From Tubiluchus corallicola (lineage: Eukaryota > Animalia > Priapulida), in the NCBI GenBank assembly GCA_030141605.1, contig JAQGDQ010000957.1, positions 12,369 through 76,368 of the forward strand: a stretch of 64,000 nucleotides of DNA, read 5' to 3'. Position numbers and translations under genes: made by a program. Below are positions 24,174 to 39,369 of the stretch, piece after piece (position 1 is the first letter of the stretch; the number at the start of each line of letters is the position of its first letter). Below the pieces are notes generated by a model. The model did not search any database. It saw only the letters and a program-made list of their open reading frames with translations, and was not told the origin of the DNA.

Positions 24174-27100
24174 TTAATCAGTAATCATCGGCCATGTAAA
24201 TTGAAAGACATGAAGCTAGGACCTGAATATGATGTATCTACAATCCACTATGACTTGCATATCAGATGTAATTCACATAAGACATCTACAAAAATTACTA
24301 ATAACATTATAATTGTCATCATCATCATCATCATTATCACCATAACCACCACCACCACCATCATCATCATCAATATCAGCATCCCAAATATCAAGAGTAA
24401 TTTATTCCTAGAGTTTCTTATAGAAGTTTATCATCAATTACAGCAGAGAATGTAACATCCAATGCACTTAAACATATAGTAATAGGCACTAGCGTGTTTA
24501 CCATCAATTGGGAGAGCATTGGGAACACAACAATCTCCAGATTCAAATTTCGCTTGTTTTTCATGATAGGAATTAAGGAATCAGCTTACACTAGCTACAC
24601 AATATTTTTATTTTAACAAAAAGTATATCGTTACATACACGCACGCGCACGCGCTCACGCACGCACGTACGCGCGCACACACAAAATTGTATTTCTGTGT
24701 TTTCATTTGAAAACGTGTTTTGTAATTTTGTTGTGTAGCCGGTTAAAAAACCTTGTGATTTTTAGGTTTTTTCATCGTAACTAAAAATTTGATGCAAGCT
24801 TTATAAAATTATAAAGTAGAAAGCCCCGCAAAAACTTTATAATAAAAGCTATCTTTTTGAAACTTGCAGCCAACTTAATCATGTTTCAGCAAAATCATAT
24901 ACGTCTAAGAAGCATTAATAATATGTAATAGAGGTTAGAGAGAGAGAGAGAGAGAGATGTTTGCCATATGACCCGTCTGTACGCTTTACATTAAGCTCTG
25001 GCCCAACCCATGCAATTCATTTAAAACATAATGTCATGCACCATGCGTGCGCTTAACGAGTATTACTCAGTAATCAATAATTGTGTCGGTCTTTTGTGTG
25101 CCTATAATTTAAAGTCAACAGAAATTTTAATTCGCTACCGCGCGTGTCATCGTAAGTTAACAATTTGCGCATGCGCCCTGAGCTCACTGAATTTACAGCC
25201 CGGCGTAGCGTTAGGGTTTCGTGTCAGTGCGAATAAGCCTATGTGGGATAATCTTGCTTCTTTACGAGTTTCTGTATTGCTTTAGAGTAATAAAACCAGA
25301 ATTAGATGGGTTACGTGTGGCTACAAATTAGAAGCCACTGGTGGTAATAAAATGAAGAATGTGGACTTCTAACGCGCTGTGATGTAGCTTAAGCACCTGC
25401 TAGAGATAATAATATGCAAAATCAACACTACCTGTGTCTATCTGCTATTTTAAAGAGCCATGGCTTTGCGGAACGGATAAAGGTGAAGAGGTAGTATGTT
25501 TTTTGGTGAGTATGATTTCATTTAACAAAGATATCACACGTTTAACATAGGAATCATACGTTGAATTCTTCAGCAACAAACCAATGCTGCTTCATTTCAG
25601 AAATTAGCTAAGTTAAATCTATACTTATTTTTGGCACCACTGCGCTAAAGCCTTATAATGGTATAATTAGGTCTCATTTATATGTGGTCATAAAGAGGAA
25701 TGTTCGTAAGCCCTATGCGTATACATATTAACGGGAACATGACGAACCGTACGATAACTTAAAAAAAGAAAAAAATGATCGTCGCAGCGCCCGAACTTTG
25801 TGCATCTTACAAATGTAGAAATTGATCTATTGAACTGATGGAACAAACCCAGAATTATTAAAATTATGAAAGCAGGAAGTGCAAAAAAACTGGAACACGG
25901 CCTGGATTTGAAACAGTGACTTTTTGCTCACAAGGTAGTTGAATTGTGCGTTTAAACTGTACCATATTAACAGATTTGCAGCTTAAATCTTAACCATTAT
26001 ATTTCATTAATTAAACACCGAAATGACTGAATTTCAGTTTTTTAATGAATAAATAAAATTAATTTTAGTTGTTTTGCAATGTATTATTGTAAGGTTTCGG
26101 ATGGTTAAAGGTTTTAGACCAAGCTTCATAAGTGATGCAAAAGCTGCACTAATTATTTTCCAAATTACGTTTACTCGTCTTTCAGACGTTAACTGCTTCT
26201 TACATTTAATGTCAATCTTGTTTTTGAATGACCATCAGAAGGAGTTTTAAGAATGATGCTTAGAGTGGGAACAACTGAAGCTAATTTAGCCAATTTCGAG
26301 AGTCAAGAACTGCAAGATGACTAGCATATTTCCCAAAGGACGCTCACGATTGCAGCAAAAGATTAGTGCAATTTCTATCGGATTTGAAAAATGCTGCCCA
26401 GAATGGAAAATCCGGAAATCATTTTAATTCAATTCAATTTTATTGCACAAATACAATAAACTACCACGGCAAAATTTACAGTTACAAAAAAAGTACAAGA
26501 ACAAATAGAAAATACAGCAACTACAATTATGCAATGTTGCAAAAACATAAGTTTGTACAAGTTATTTACATACTTAAATAGCCTACTTGAATCTAATAAG
26601 AAATTATGTGCTTTAATGAAATCATTTTTTATGATACAACTACAAAGAACTAATAAAAATGAAAATAATAATAATAATAACTTGGAGTAGGTTATACTAA
26701 GGTTCAGTGAGTTAAAATAGCAGACCGGGTTTCTCTTCTGTAATTCTAGCATGCTTTTAGCTCATATGTAATTGGATATCCAGAGAAACATTTTTGTTTT
26801 AATTTTACGGAGATTTTGTTACTAATAATGAGAAAACAACCAAAACGACGATTGTGCAATTTTATTTGTTTATAACGATAAAAACGTTTTGGTGTTTGAA
26901 ACAAATTATTGTAAATTGTAAATACAACTTGCATCACAAATATTTGAAACGTTGTTGGCTGTATTAATGAAAATAACTGTAAAGAAGTTCAGGCATAAAT
27001 TGAAAAGCTTTATTTTTCGGAATCGTAATCACCTGCTGAAATGACAGCTGACTGTCAAGGGTTACCTTTTTTATTTAGACAGTGGGAATTTTTCATTAGG

Positions 27101-30100
27101 TCAGAGAGGTGGCTTGTTGACTTTTGCGTAATATGTAAACAAAATAAAGATGTGACATAAGGCAATCCATGCTAAAATTTATTACACCACGATGACGAAT
27201 GAAGCAGACTAAATAAACATGAAACCGTCTGGAAACGTTTATAGTCATGTGTGAAGCCACGAAGGTCATTAGAAGATGTGTGAAGCCCTCTAAAAAACGT
27301 GAAGTATTTGAAAACGTAAATGAAGAGGATTGAAGCCACGTGAAGGCGTTTGATGCTATTCGTCGCTCCCTCTACTGAGAGAGGACCTTGATGCCATCCG
27401 AACCCGAGCCAAAAAAAGACTAATTATGTGTAAAACTCTAAAAGCCGTCTCATAAAGTCCACAAAATTGCTCTACAGTATCAAAGTCTAGTTTCACGAAA
27501 ATTCGCTGTTACACACTATTGTTGAATGTTTGAAATCAAAAGCTTTTAGCAGAAAATAAACTTTGAGACTGTAGAACAATTTTATGAACGTTATGAAATG
27601 CTAAGTCTCAGGAGAGAACTCGCGCACACAGAGAATCTATAGACATCCTCTGAATATAGCATGGAAATTCTTAGTAGCCAGCAAAAGACATAGGTTATCA
27701 CAAATATATCACAATAATAAAAAACTTTTTACGCTATTTAACATTCAGATGTGGCTTTAAAAGAAACCAGGATGATTTTCCTTATCCTACCCCACTTTGA
27801 AGCATGCTAAAAACGATACATTTTAACGCCTATGATAATGCCAAAATGTTTCTGATAATTAAGTAATGGGTTAAAAATTTAGTTAACGGCCGGCGATCCC
27901 AGTTAGCGATAACTGAACATAATTTTTAACAGCACAAACATCCATGTGCGTGTTCCATGTGTTTGTGAAAGCGAAAACTCAAGTGCAGTGTTATCGTACA
28001 ACATTCAGTGTGATATACAGAAACACGTTTTAAGTTTAAAAACCTAAATTTAAAATTTACCGTTATGGTCATGCATGAACATGAATGTGTATACTACTAC
28101 GTCACAGCTGAACACATCTGAACCGGTAGGTACGTACAGCGCCTGTTTTTTGAGCAACGCTATGAAGAAATGCAAGCGCGAGTACCCGTCTGACTAGCGA
28201 ATAGCGAAATGCATGTAACAGCGAAGAATTGGCCGCGCGAATTAGGTTTCCCCGGTAATAATTCTTTCATGTAAGTTATTTTCTAATATTTTGTAAATTA
28301 CATTGTTTGCCTTACAAGGTCTTTAATTACATTGCTAAGATTGCTGCCGTTGTTAATAATTGTTTATGATGGATTTTGATTTGTGTCTTGACTGTATTAT
28401 AAATACTCTTTCTTTGTGGATGTTTCTAGAATTATTACTATGACCGTCGTAATGTCTTCGCCTTAGTATTTGAAATCGTTCCTTATTGTCAGATAATGAC
28501 TGATAGAGAGCAGCTGAAAGCAGCTGAAACGGTGTTTTTATAAAAAAAAACGTTAAGAACTTTTTTCTTCTGTGAGATAGTCTCAGATATACCTACAATG
28601 ACTTTCGTAAGTCACCACTTTTTCTTTTACACCGAATGCTGCCATAGATCAATGCTTTGTCCAGTTCCACAGTCCACAGAAGTCCGGCTGCTAAATCGCT
28701 TTATAAACGTCTTCGTTCTGCGAAACGAAATTGTTAGAGTTGGACGAAATTCGATAAGACGACAATTATTTTGTAACGACAAGTAATGTCTAGGTTATGA
28801 TTTCACGAGTGACGTCATCGCAAGTACTTCTTCCTTTTGACCGGCTGGCTAAATTAGTCGAACGAGAATCATTCGAATTCCATCTAGGAGTTATTATTAT
28901 GCAACCAGATGCTACGCGAGGCATTAAATAGTCGTGGTAAGTGAGCGCCACTGAGTCAACAAGATTGCTTTTAGTCTAACAGTATTTTAGATGGAGTGTG
29001 TAAGTACAGACGTGTAAAATGGCATAAAAAGACCCTGACTATTATGGGCCTGATAAGTTATTTGTCAAGTGTGATGGCAGCGCAGTAAGTAAACTATATA
29101 GAATATCACATTTGGTGTAATATAACGATTTATTAGTATGACTTTGAATATGTCGACCATACTATTCTTCGGCATGATATGAAGTGAAAAGAAGCTAGAG
29201 AGTTATTCATGTTAGAGGTTTGTGAAAAATCTATACGGCAGTGCAGCAAAGTGAATCCTATTAAAGGCGTGCACATAAAATTGCAATTCAAAGTTTTATA
29301 AGAATATTAATCTTCTTCCGTACGAGATCATTATTTTAAATAATAACTTAGCCGTGTGCTTTTCAATCAAGTTTTCATAAAGAAGAACCATCTGGCAGTA
29401 GGCCTATCTGCAAGATTGTACCACTCGGGAGCTACAATCATTTGCAGTTCATTCAAAAAACACATAATGTCAGAAAAACGCTTGTTTTTACAAATAAACA
29501 CTAAACACAACAAATCAGAGGCATTTCGGCTTGATGGATATTGCAATATAGGCCAAAAAACAAGAGTATAACGAGACTGCAAGAGATAGCTCCTTTCCTA
29601 ATAAAAGTAATTTTGCAGAGAAGCATAAAAGGGAATACTAAAGCATCACATTTTACGCTTGCTTAGTAGACAAATGCTTGCACCTTGTGCCAGTTCTAAA
29701 ACAAGAAAAAAGGCGAGTTTTATTGAGTACCAGTTAAATCTTTGTTACAGTTTTATCTGATCTCATCATTAAATTTTCGAGTTTTGTCTCATTTCAGAAT
29801 TATGATTTGTAGAAAAAAGGGAATTGGAAGGAACTAGACATTTATTGTCATTTGTCAAGGAAAAGCTAGCAGGTGTATGAAACAAAACAGCCAATATATA
29901 AACCGTTATTGCATACTTTCTGAACGCTGAACACTTGAATACTATATTTATTAGAGGCTTCAAGCGTTCAATTTGTAGAAAACCGTATTTCAATGAACAG
30001 CACTTATTTGTATTCTGTCCAACTCTAAACCGACATTGTATTGTCAACACAATTCGGACACAGTGCTGAAAAATCGAACGCCAGGCCAATAATTGCACTG

Positions 30101-30696
30101 CACGGACTACAGTTTCCTAGGTTTCTAACGTTTTCCTCTCCCATCGTCACTAGCTCCAAGTAATAGCATAGGAAGCCTGGGCTAAGGATAAGACAGTTAT
30201 TAGTCTCTAATAGGCCTTAATGATATATCAAGTATATATATGAGACGGTGGGAGCTTGAATGGTAGTCAATTTGCACAGCAAATGCTGGTTATTGGCTTC
30301 AACGATCGATCATGGGCCCAGTGCACACAGACTCGTGGAAACTTATATGAATCCAATTATTCGACAGATTGGAATAACAGAGAGAAGAAAATTTTCAGAC
30401 AGTTTGTATATGAAGACATGTCACAACGGTTTGGGGGAGCACAATAGAAATGGCTACGACATGTCACAACGGTTTGCAAGATTGTAAGAGAATCAAACGC
30501 GCGCTGGAAGCGTTGATAAGAAATTAATTCTAATGATTCTTCTCTGTGTGTTAAATACTGCATCTCAAGGTTGGTGAGAGAATAATGACGAAATAAGAAG
30601 AGGTAGGCATCATGGAAGTTAACAGCAATTAACAGGAATTTAAAAGAGTGGAAGCGAACAGAGACTAGCGGTAAGCTCAGAGAAAGTAGAGAGAAG

Positions 30697-30930
<234 letters not shown>

Positions 30931-31478
30931 GAGAAAGAGGGAGGTGTTAGCCTTTCCTTGTGGATTCCTATTTTATGACGATATTAGTCAGCAGAAAAGC
31001 CAATACAAGAAAATTAATAAAGGAAGCCAAATTATCCAACGCGATGACGTAACATTTTTCAAATAACAAACTTCGTCAATATGGCTTCACATTTATTAGT
31101 GCTTTCTAAGCGGCGGCTTATGAGAACTTGCACAAGCCGTATAGGTTGGCTTCAAAACGTTTGACAAAAATACACGTCTTTTTAATCAGTGAAAATCAGA
31201 AAAACATCCAGCGTTGTAGGTGAAGGAAGACTTAATTCTGTTCTTGAACTAGTCCTACCTTCCTCAGCCTGTTTTATCTGCATTTTTGAATTTATAATCT
31301 ATAACGCTTCACCAATGATTGTAAAATGTATTTAAAGTTATGCTTGACTCATGTCAGCATAAAAATGTACGTATAAGAGCAACGTACATTGTATAATTTC
31401 GGAGCTGTAGATCTAGTTTAGTTCAACCACCATAAAGTACATTCTCAAACATCAAATTTGCAGACATAGAAATACTAA

Positions 31479-31509
<31 letters not shown>

Positions 31510-31621
31510 ATACATAATTTAACTGGTTTCTCTCTACTGTCAAAATAGTCAAATTAGGTGGCCGAGATTGATTGTGTATTACTAGGTTGCGATTTCAGGT
31601 CTATTCTGGTACGTGTATATT

Positions 31622-31690
31622 TGGCTGATAGCTCAAATGGAAACGAATGCGGCTTACAATGACAAAGTTCTCGGTTCAAATCTTGGTTAG
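31622..31690 (+). mobile_element. Degenerate tRNA-like SINE head (second copy ~33353-33430)
   Basis: ggctgatagctcaaatgg (box A-like) ... ggttcaaatc (box B-like). Two similar copies; no intact cloverleaf evident. Confidence 0.45.
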
Positions 31691-34545
31691 TTGTTAGTTT
31701 TTCAGCTTCCTCAATTAACTAGTCGTTAGGTTAAATATTGTTTACGTATAAACCACGGAGTTTATTAATTCTTGCTTGAACCAGTTTAAAATTCTGTTAT
31801 TATTAGCATAATAGTACGCTACTTATAGCGCACTGTACTTGTATTCTGAATGTATTTTATGTGTCATGTTGACAAGATGCAGAGCAGTAGCAGCTGGCAT
31901 TCACACATGACGCTGTCACACATTTCTTTTACGTTGGAGCAGCACTAATTATAATTCCTTGCACGCAGGCTTGACGAAAGACACACAACATCATGGCGAT
32001 GAATAATCCCAGCGTATTATATTGATTCGACAGTAAAGCGTTAACACACACTCAAGTAATTCTCCTTGTATTGCTACATGAAACCACTAACTAGAACAGC
32101 AATCATACGAAAGCGATTATGCCCACAATCTTTTAAAGCACAAGAAAACCCTCCATAAGCATAAAGCTTAAAAAATCGTCTTGAAATTTTATATCACTTA
32201 CATACTGCCTTTTTACATACAGGATATCAATGGGTAACGCTGTATAGAACATATAAATTTAAACTCCCGCGATGACCGTTAGACGCAGTCATTTTGACCG
32301 CAGGTCATTTGAAAAAGTTTATATAACATTGTGTAAACTTTGAAAAAATAATCAGAGCATTCGTAGCGCACACGTCACTAACTGAGTAAAATTTTAAATG
32401 ACTGTATCTTGTCAATAAGATTAAAAATGTGTTGTTTTTTTTTGTTTAGTGAGTGGCGCACCCTGTAGGGTGAGTCAGCGACTTTACCAATTGGTGAAAA
32501 TATTTTAAATAATTAAATATTTTCTTTTCTAGTTACTAATGTAGGTAAGCGAAAAGCTAAGTAATATAGATTTGCATGGAAACTTTCTTGGGACATAATT
32601 AAACATTGCCTTTTCTTCCCCTGATTTACGTTTGCGTAGTGACGTCATGTAATACTGACCTCGGAACTGTATTGCGGAAGATTTAAAATGAAAGCAAAAA
32701 AAATTCCCTTCAGTGCGAGTACAAAATATGCATAAAATCACTGTAAAGTAATATAATTTTTAAAGCAATTTTTCTGAAACCTACTTCAAGTATCCCTTTT
32801 CTTGTCCTGAGAATTCTTAAAAATAACCGTCCTGATGTGTTTGCAAGAGATTTTTTAAATTATAATTTGTTGTTATAAATCAAGCATTTCGTAATAGCAA
32901 AATATGTCAACTGTGTAAGTTTATATCATAATAATAATGTGCAAGGCGGGAAAACAACTGCATTAGAAACATACAACATGTGTTCTTAAGAATTTGACAA
33001 CGTTTGACAAGAATGTGACTAAAAAACAGAAATGTATTGTATTGTGTGATCGTAATACACTTGACCTTTAAGATTATGTAAATAGAAATTTATTTATTTA
33101 TAGTAACTCTTTTTTGTTACACTTTCCATTAAAAATAGTTGTTCTTAATGTAATTTACATTTCTAAAAACACCTTTAAAAATAATCTTGGCAATCTTAGC
33201 AGTCACTATACGCGTAAAATTTATTAAAACACGTAAGTGGTGATAATAGTCTCAGCACAGGAACAAACTAGACCAGGGAAAAAGCTTGAATATGAAATAT
33301 AACTTATTATATTTCGCTCTAGGATAAGGTTTCAGGTTTATTCTGTTATATTGGGTTGATAGCTCAAATAGCTCAAATGGAAAAGTATGCGACTTACAAT
33401 GACAAAGTTCTAGGCTCAAATATTGGTTAATTCATAATTACTTAATGAATAAAGTTTTGGTTGTCTCTTGTCAGCATAAAAATGCATGTATAAGAGCTAT
33501 ATATATTGTATAATTTCGGGTTGTATATAAACTTTAAACTTTATACTATATATATATATATATATATATATAGTAAGATTCCTTTGCTGAATAATATATC
33601 TTTTTATTACTTTTTTAAAGTACGAAAGCTTTTTAAGGCATGTAATTTTGTTCAATTGTATAATTATCGTGTGTTGACTTGCTCAGACATTGAAGCGCCT
33701 ACGATCAGCGATGAGTTTGCTCGGTTGAATATGAAGTAAGTTAAGTTACTATGCACCTTAGACAATGTAATTATTATGGTATTATACACTTTAGACTATT
33801 TTAGACTATGTATCTTAGTTCTAAGGGTTCTGTGAATGATATGGGCCTTGGTAAGAGTTCGGCATACACTTCAAAGAGTAGAATTTTCAAGGCCTAATGA
33901 GTAGGCCTATTTGTTAACCCACCGTGGACCATTTGTACTTTGGATCAACGTTTTTATGTCACTTCCGTTTCCGGTACACGTAGTTTTTGCGGGTAGAACG
34001 ACCAACGCTGAGGACAAAACAGGCTTAATAATTTACGACTAATTTTAATACACAGCAAAATGTTATATGACAGATGAGGTGTTAATATTTTGTCGTTGCA
34101 CAAAAAATACATAATTGTGAACGCGCCTTAATAACAGCAGCAATAGATAACACCGCGTCACTTCAAACATGCAATCTCCCAGTGAGTTTTGCTTTTAAAA
34201 GCCTCTTAATAAAGTTACAGACTATAGGAGAAACATGTTCAATAGAAATGGACATTATGACTTTAAGATGAGCTCAAGGCGAGAAAATAACTCAATTCCG
34301 AAGCGGTTTAGCGAAGACAAAAATCCAATAATCGTATTTGCTTTGGCTTCTTGCTTCGACTGTTCTGCTGCTTCAAATCTAATGCATAATTTACGATCAT
34401 TCGAATAACAGCTGTAAAACTGGATTACATCGTAAAATAATAAATACGACGTTCAGGAATTTTTGTTATAGGATAAGTGTAGCACTCAAGAGCTGGCTTT
34501 GAAGGGCAGTGGGTATTAGTTTTTTATCGTGAAAAATAAAAAAAG

Positions 34546-34842
34546 TTTATAGTTAAAAACAACACAACTTTATTAAAACTTTTACTTTAAAAAGTTAAAA
34601 TCCTGTCAAACGTTTCGACTAGCTGCTGTTGTCATCATCAGTAGTAAATTTATTAACGTGCAATCAGTCTATATAGGCAGAGCCTATTATGCACGAATTA
34701 AGTAGTTAACAGAAGCCAAATAAATGCGCAGACCAGGAAGGAAATTGATACAGTAACTTGAGCACTAATTATGTACTTACAAAAGCCAAATAGGTAATGA
34801 TTAAGCAGACCAGTAGAAAAGAAATTGATACAATAACAAATA
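34546..34842 (-). mobile_element. Penelope-like pLTR-type repeat with minimal hammerhead-like core; empty site for the 5S-SINE
   Basis: Minus strand acta-CTGATGA-tgacaacagcagctagtc-GAAACGTT (34608-34645), then AATAAA. Colinear with 7608-7790 plus 8335-8503. Confidence 0.55.
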
Positions 34843-35923
34843 GCTAACTGATTGAAAATAGAGTTAAAGAAATTGAACTGTTTTGTACATTAAGAGAAGG
34901 CTTATTAGGTTACATAGATAAAATTTCTTTTATTAATAAGTTCTAGTTATTTGTAGCTCTGGTCACAATGCTGAAATTATTAAAATCAGCTTTGTGGTCA
35001 GAGGCACAAAAAAGGCACAATAAAAATGCCTTTGTACAGTAGACTTTATCAGTTTCTTAAAAATGAAAAATGTTACTTGTACTAAGCATACGTTATATAA
35101 ATACACTTGACATTTCTGGGTAATATGTAGGCTATCCTATAATGTCTGCAGACTAACGGTACAGGCACTTCCGAAAATGAGCTATAGTTACGCATTTCTT
35201 CTCAATGCCTCTATACCAATAGAATATAATATTGCTGCGCCTATACTATTCAGACACCACGTACGAATAGGCTGCTTAACAATGATACAGTACTATATAT
35301 TTCTTGTTTTTAGTCTGTTTTGCCAAATTTTTGAAATTTTTGTACGCGTGTTGTGTGTTTCTTGTTAACACGCCGTTAGATATAAAAAAGACAGAGAAAT
35401 GGGAGGTTGCTGGTGACAGGAAGACATGGACTAAAGGGATTGCAAGAGTCATGCCAGTAACTCCATAACGAAGACGATACAACTGGTCAAAAGTCAAGCG
35501 GTACAACTTACCTCAGTTTCACAAAACCTAATTTTTTATGTACTGTAACAGTAGCAGCGATAATAGTAAAAAAATTTATTTGCTTTTAAAAATACCGACA
35601 ATCAGGAGAGTCGGCGCTAATTCATGCTAGCACATAATTAATTAAATAATAAAAAATATTATGACATTACAAATTTGTGACAAACAAAGCCATTTGTAAG
35701 ACAATTGTGTTGAAGCATTACAGGAGGCTTGTTTATAAAAGTTATTTCTAAAACAAAAATTAGAGCTTTTTTAGTGTTTTTGTTCCAACAAATACGGCGT
35801 AACATTTAAGAAATATTATGCACTTATAGTGAAATACAAAAAGTAATCTTGGATTTCTATGGTTTAATTTCTGTGCTCCTATTTACTTTTTCTCTTGACA
35901 ATAAAAACTTTGATTCAGTCCTT

Positions 35924-36300
<377 letters not shown>

Positions 36301-36645
36301 CATAAAATTTATATAGCGTTCAAATATATAAAAATACTCAGTTGCGATTTACAACCAAAGATTTTACAAAAACCTAAAATAAATCATAAAACTATACACG
36401 CTATAACTTCATGAAGAAAAACTTTTAAAAATTTAAATTAAAAAATCAATATAAAACCTAGTTAGCAAAACGCAGGCAAAATTAATTTCCAGTTCAATTC
36501 CATATTCTAATTTAAAAAGACGTGTCTTGATCAATTTTTTAAATGGAATAATGTACGACTAATTATATTATGAACGGTACTAATGTTCATTGGAAGGCGT
36601 TATATATTCCAAACAGTAGAAGCGGCGTGGGAAAAGGCACGTAAA
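36301..36645 (-). mobile_element. Decayed L2/CR1-group LINE 3' fragment
   Basis: Minus strand encodes RAFSHAASTVWN..LPMNI...FKKLIKTRLFK (frameshifted), the typical L2 ORF2 C-terminus, followed by the (TAT)n tail. Confidence 0.65.
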
Positions 36646-38178
36646 GTTTTTCTTATAACTTTACGTGCAGATATTATAGATACTTCTCTATTTTCTTCTA
36701 GATGTCTCAGCAGCTTTTCAGCTGGCTTCATTGCAAATCTGTTTTCATGACTGCAATTAAGCCAGTTGTGTGGCTTCGTAAATATTTCACTGGGTTAAAT
36801 TACAATGTCAGTTTGGCATGAATAATTAACTAACTGCAGAGCGCTTCCGTACTGACAACATCGCTGAAGATGTTCCTTCTGGAGGAATTTAATGCCGAGA
36901 ATTGCTTTGATAAATCGACTGAAATTGAAAAAAGTAGGTCTCATTTATAGATTTTATTGGCTAGCGCAGCAAATGGTTTGCAAATTTAGATGTTTAAAAT
37001 TCAACAGGAATTCCTAATGGATTCTCGAAAACATAATGATGGAGTAAACAGGCAAAAACTTCTTAGCGGCAATTGCTGCACAAATCAGCAGATCTTGGCG
37101 AAGTCTGAACTAATCACAGATGCAAGCGTCTGTCGTACGCCTACAGATAGAATTCGTTTAAGGCTTGAAGAGAATTAAACCTTGATTAGATCGATAAATG
37201 GTTAATTGAATCAGTGAATAGTCCAAATAATTACTTCGGAGCCGGCTATACTCCACTAGAATGTCAATTAACTTGTGGTTTCTGAAACTTGTAATACTTT
37301 AAACCCACTGATATAATTTTGTAAGTGAAACACCTGCACCACCGCCCACAGCAAAGTTAATTTCCTCGGGTATTATCTTTACAAGCCAGTGAGTCTAGAG
37401 ATTGTGGCCTTTATTTGTGGCGATGATAAGTTTGGATTACTGACTGACTTTACCGAGATTCCTTTGTTGAAAATTTGCATTATAATAGCCGATAGTGATA
37501 AATGAGAGTCGTCATCGGACGGAAGCAGTTTTCCGCACAATTAGAAAAGCAAATTATTCGGGAGAAACGATTTTAGACGCCCTTGTCCACTGAAAATGGA
37601 CGTATGTGTGAAATTATGGACATGGAGCGTGTGTAACTCTTGAGTGTGATTTCTCTTGCTTTTATAGCATCTGTTAAACAAAAATAGAGAAAACTCTGAA
37701 TTTCTATATTCTACTATTGAATTGATTTGATACGCTACACCCAACGGAGCAACAGCGAAAGGTTATCAAAGCTTATTAGTTATGTTAACTACCTCCTGAT
37801 TTCATTACTGACGTGCATCTAGTCTTGATTTCTAGCAGTTAGGTAACTGAAACTTATTCACCGTCTGTTAGCAAAGTAGAATAAAATTTCATGTAGAACT
37901 TTCGACGACATACTTTGTCTCTTCTATAAACTATCAGTCCGTACATTTGAACATCTCAATTTTAAACTAGTTGGTTTGATTTGAGTTAGTTTCACGGCAC
38001 ACGTGTTTTCAACGTTTCTTCTTATAATATCAATTATTCTCATTTCTGTGTAACAAAGTATTATTAGTTTCTTATCACCTGTATTTATCTTTATGCACTT
38101 ATTTTATTGTCGATGAAGACTAGCACAAATGCTAATGTTTGTCGTTGTAAAAACCGACTTTAATGTTTGTTTGTTTGC

Positions 38179-38308
38179 ATGTATGTATGTATGTATGTAT
38201 GTATGTATGTATGTATGTATGTATGTATGTATGTATGTATGTATGTATGTATGTATGTATGTATGTATGTATGTATGTATGTATGGGAGTATGTATGTAT
38301 GTATGTAT
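38179..38308. repeat. (ATGT)n microsatellite
   Basis: Directly visible. Confidence 0.95.
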
Positions 38309-38888
38309 ATCTGCAGTTACAGAAATATGTAGTTGACAAACATAATTTAAGCCTACATGTTTTTATATAGTGCGGCCCATTGCAAGTCAGAAACCAGCAC
38401 TTAGCAGCAGGGTCTACTAGTAATGTTAAATGGCTATGGCAAGACCAGGACCTAGGTTGTTAGCAAAAATATTTTTAAGATCATTGAGTCGACAGCAGTG
38501 TGTTAGTTATGTTTGCAGCTGTGCACCTTCCCTATCAGTAGAGAAATTGCTAGCGGCAGTACACGATATGAAAACACCAAGAAGCAGTCTTTTTTCGCCA
38601 ACCTTTATTTACCAGGCCCCGGGCTGCTTAACTTCATAGTCAACCGCGATCCACCCTTTCTCCGTCATATATAGGCTGTATGTATCGTCAAACTTGGAGT
38701 AAAGAATTATGGTGCGAACTGAATCATATAGTCATAGGAATAAATATTTTCTTTCATGTAGCTAGTTCTATGTGTTCCGGTGGATTTTTCGTTACATGTT
38801 GTCTGTCAATTTATACGAGTTTTTTAATGAAAACTCAATTTTTGAGCAATATTAACACTGCTTAAATAGTGAGGAGTGTACAGCAATA

Positions 38889-39369
38889 CAGTAAACTCTA
38901 CATAACTCAAATCCGACCGGATCGAAAAAAATGAGTTAGGCGATGTTGAGCAATTCTCAGCATAGAAACTCTAAACCCCTCCTCCAAACGTCGAGCTAAA
39001 AAGAAGGCAGAAAGTCAACCCTTCAATACATAAACGACGAGATTTGATGACAATCTGCATAAAGAATAACAAATTATGTAGTCAAACACGATTTTTTTAC
39101 GTTACACAAAGACACGTACACAACATTGTTAAACAACATGACAGTGGGGCTATTAATCCCGGAGAAAATAATCGGGAGGGCGCGATTTATAAGACATCAG
39201 AATTTTCCCGGAAGACGATACTGCTTTTGAGTTGTACGAAACTTTTTCTTTTTCAAGAGTGTAAATTGCATTTATGCGTTAGGCAAAGTAAATTACATTT
39301 ATTTTGATTAAATGGGCCATAGTTCATTATTTGAGTTAGGCGAAATTTTGAGTTACCCGGAGTTTACTG
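38889..39369. mobile_element. Tc1/mariner (pogo/Tigger-like) MITE, TA TSD
   Basis: TA|cagtaaactc...gagtttactg|TA. Second copy at 61449-61869. Confidence 0.8.
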
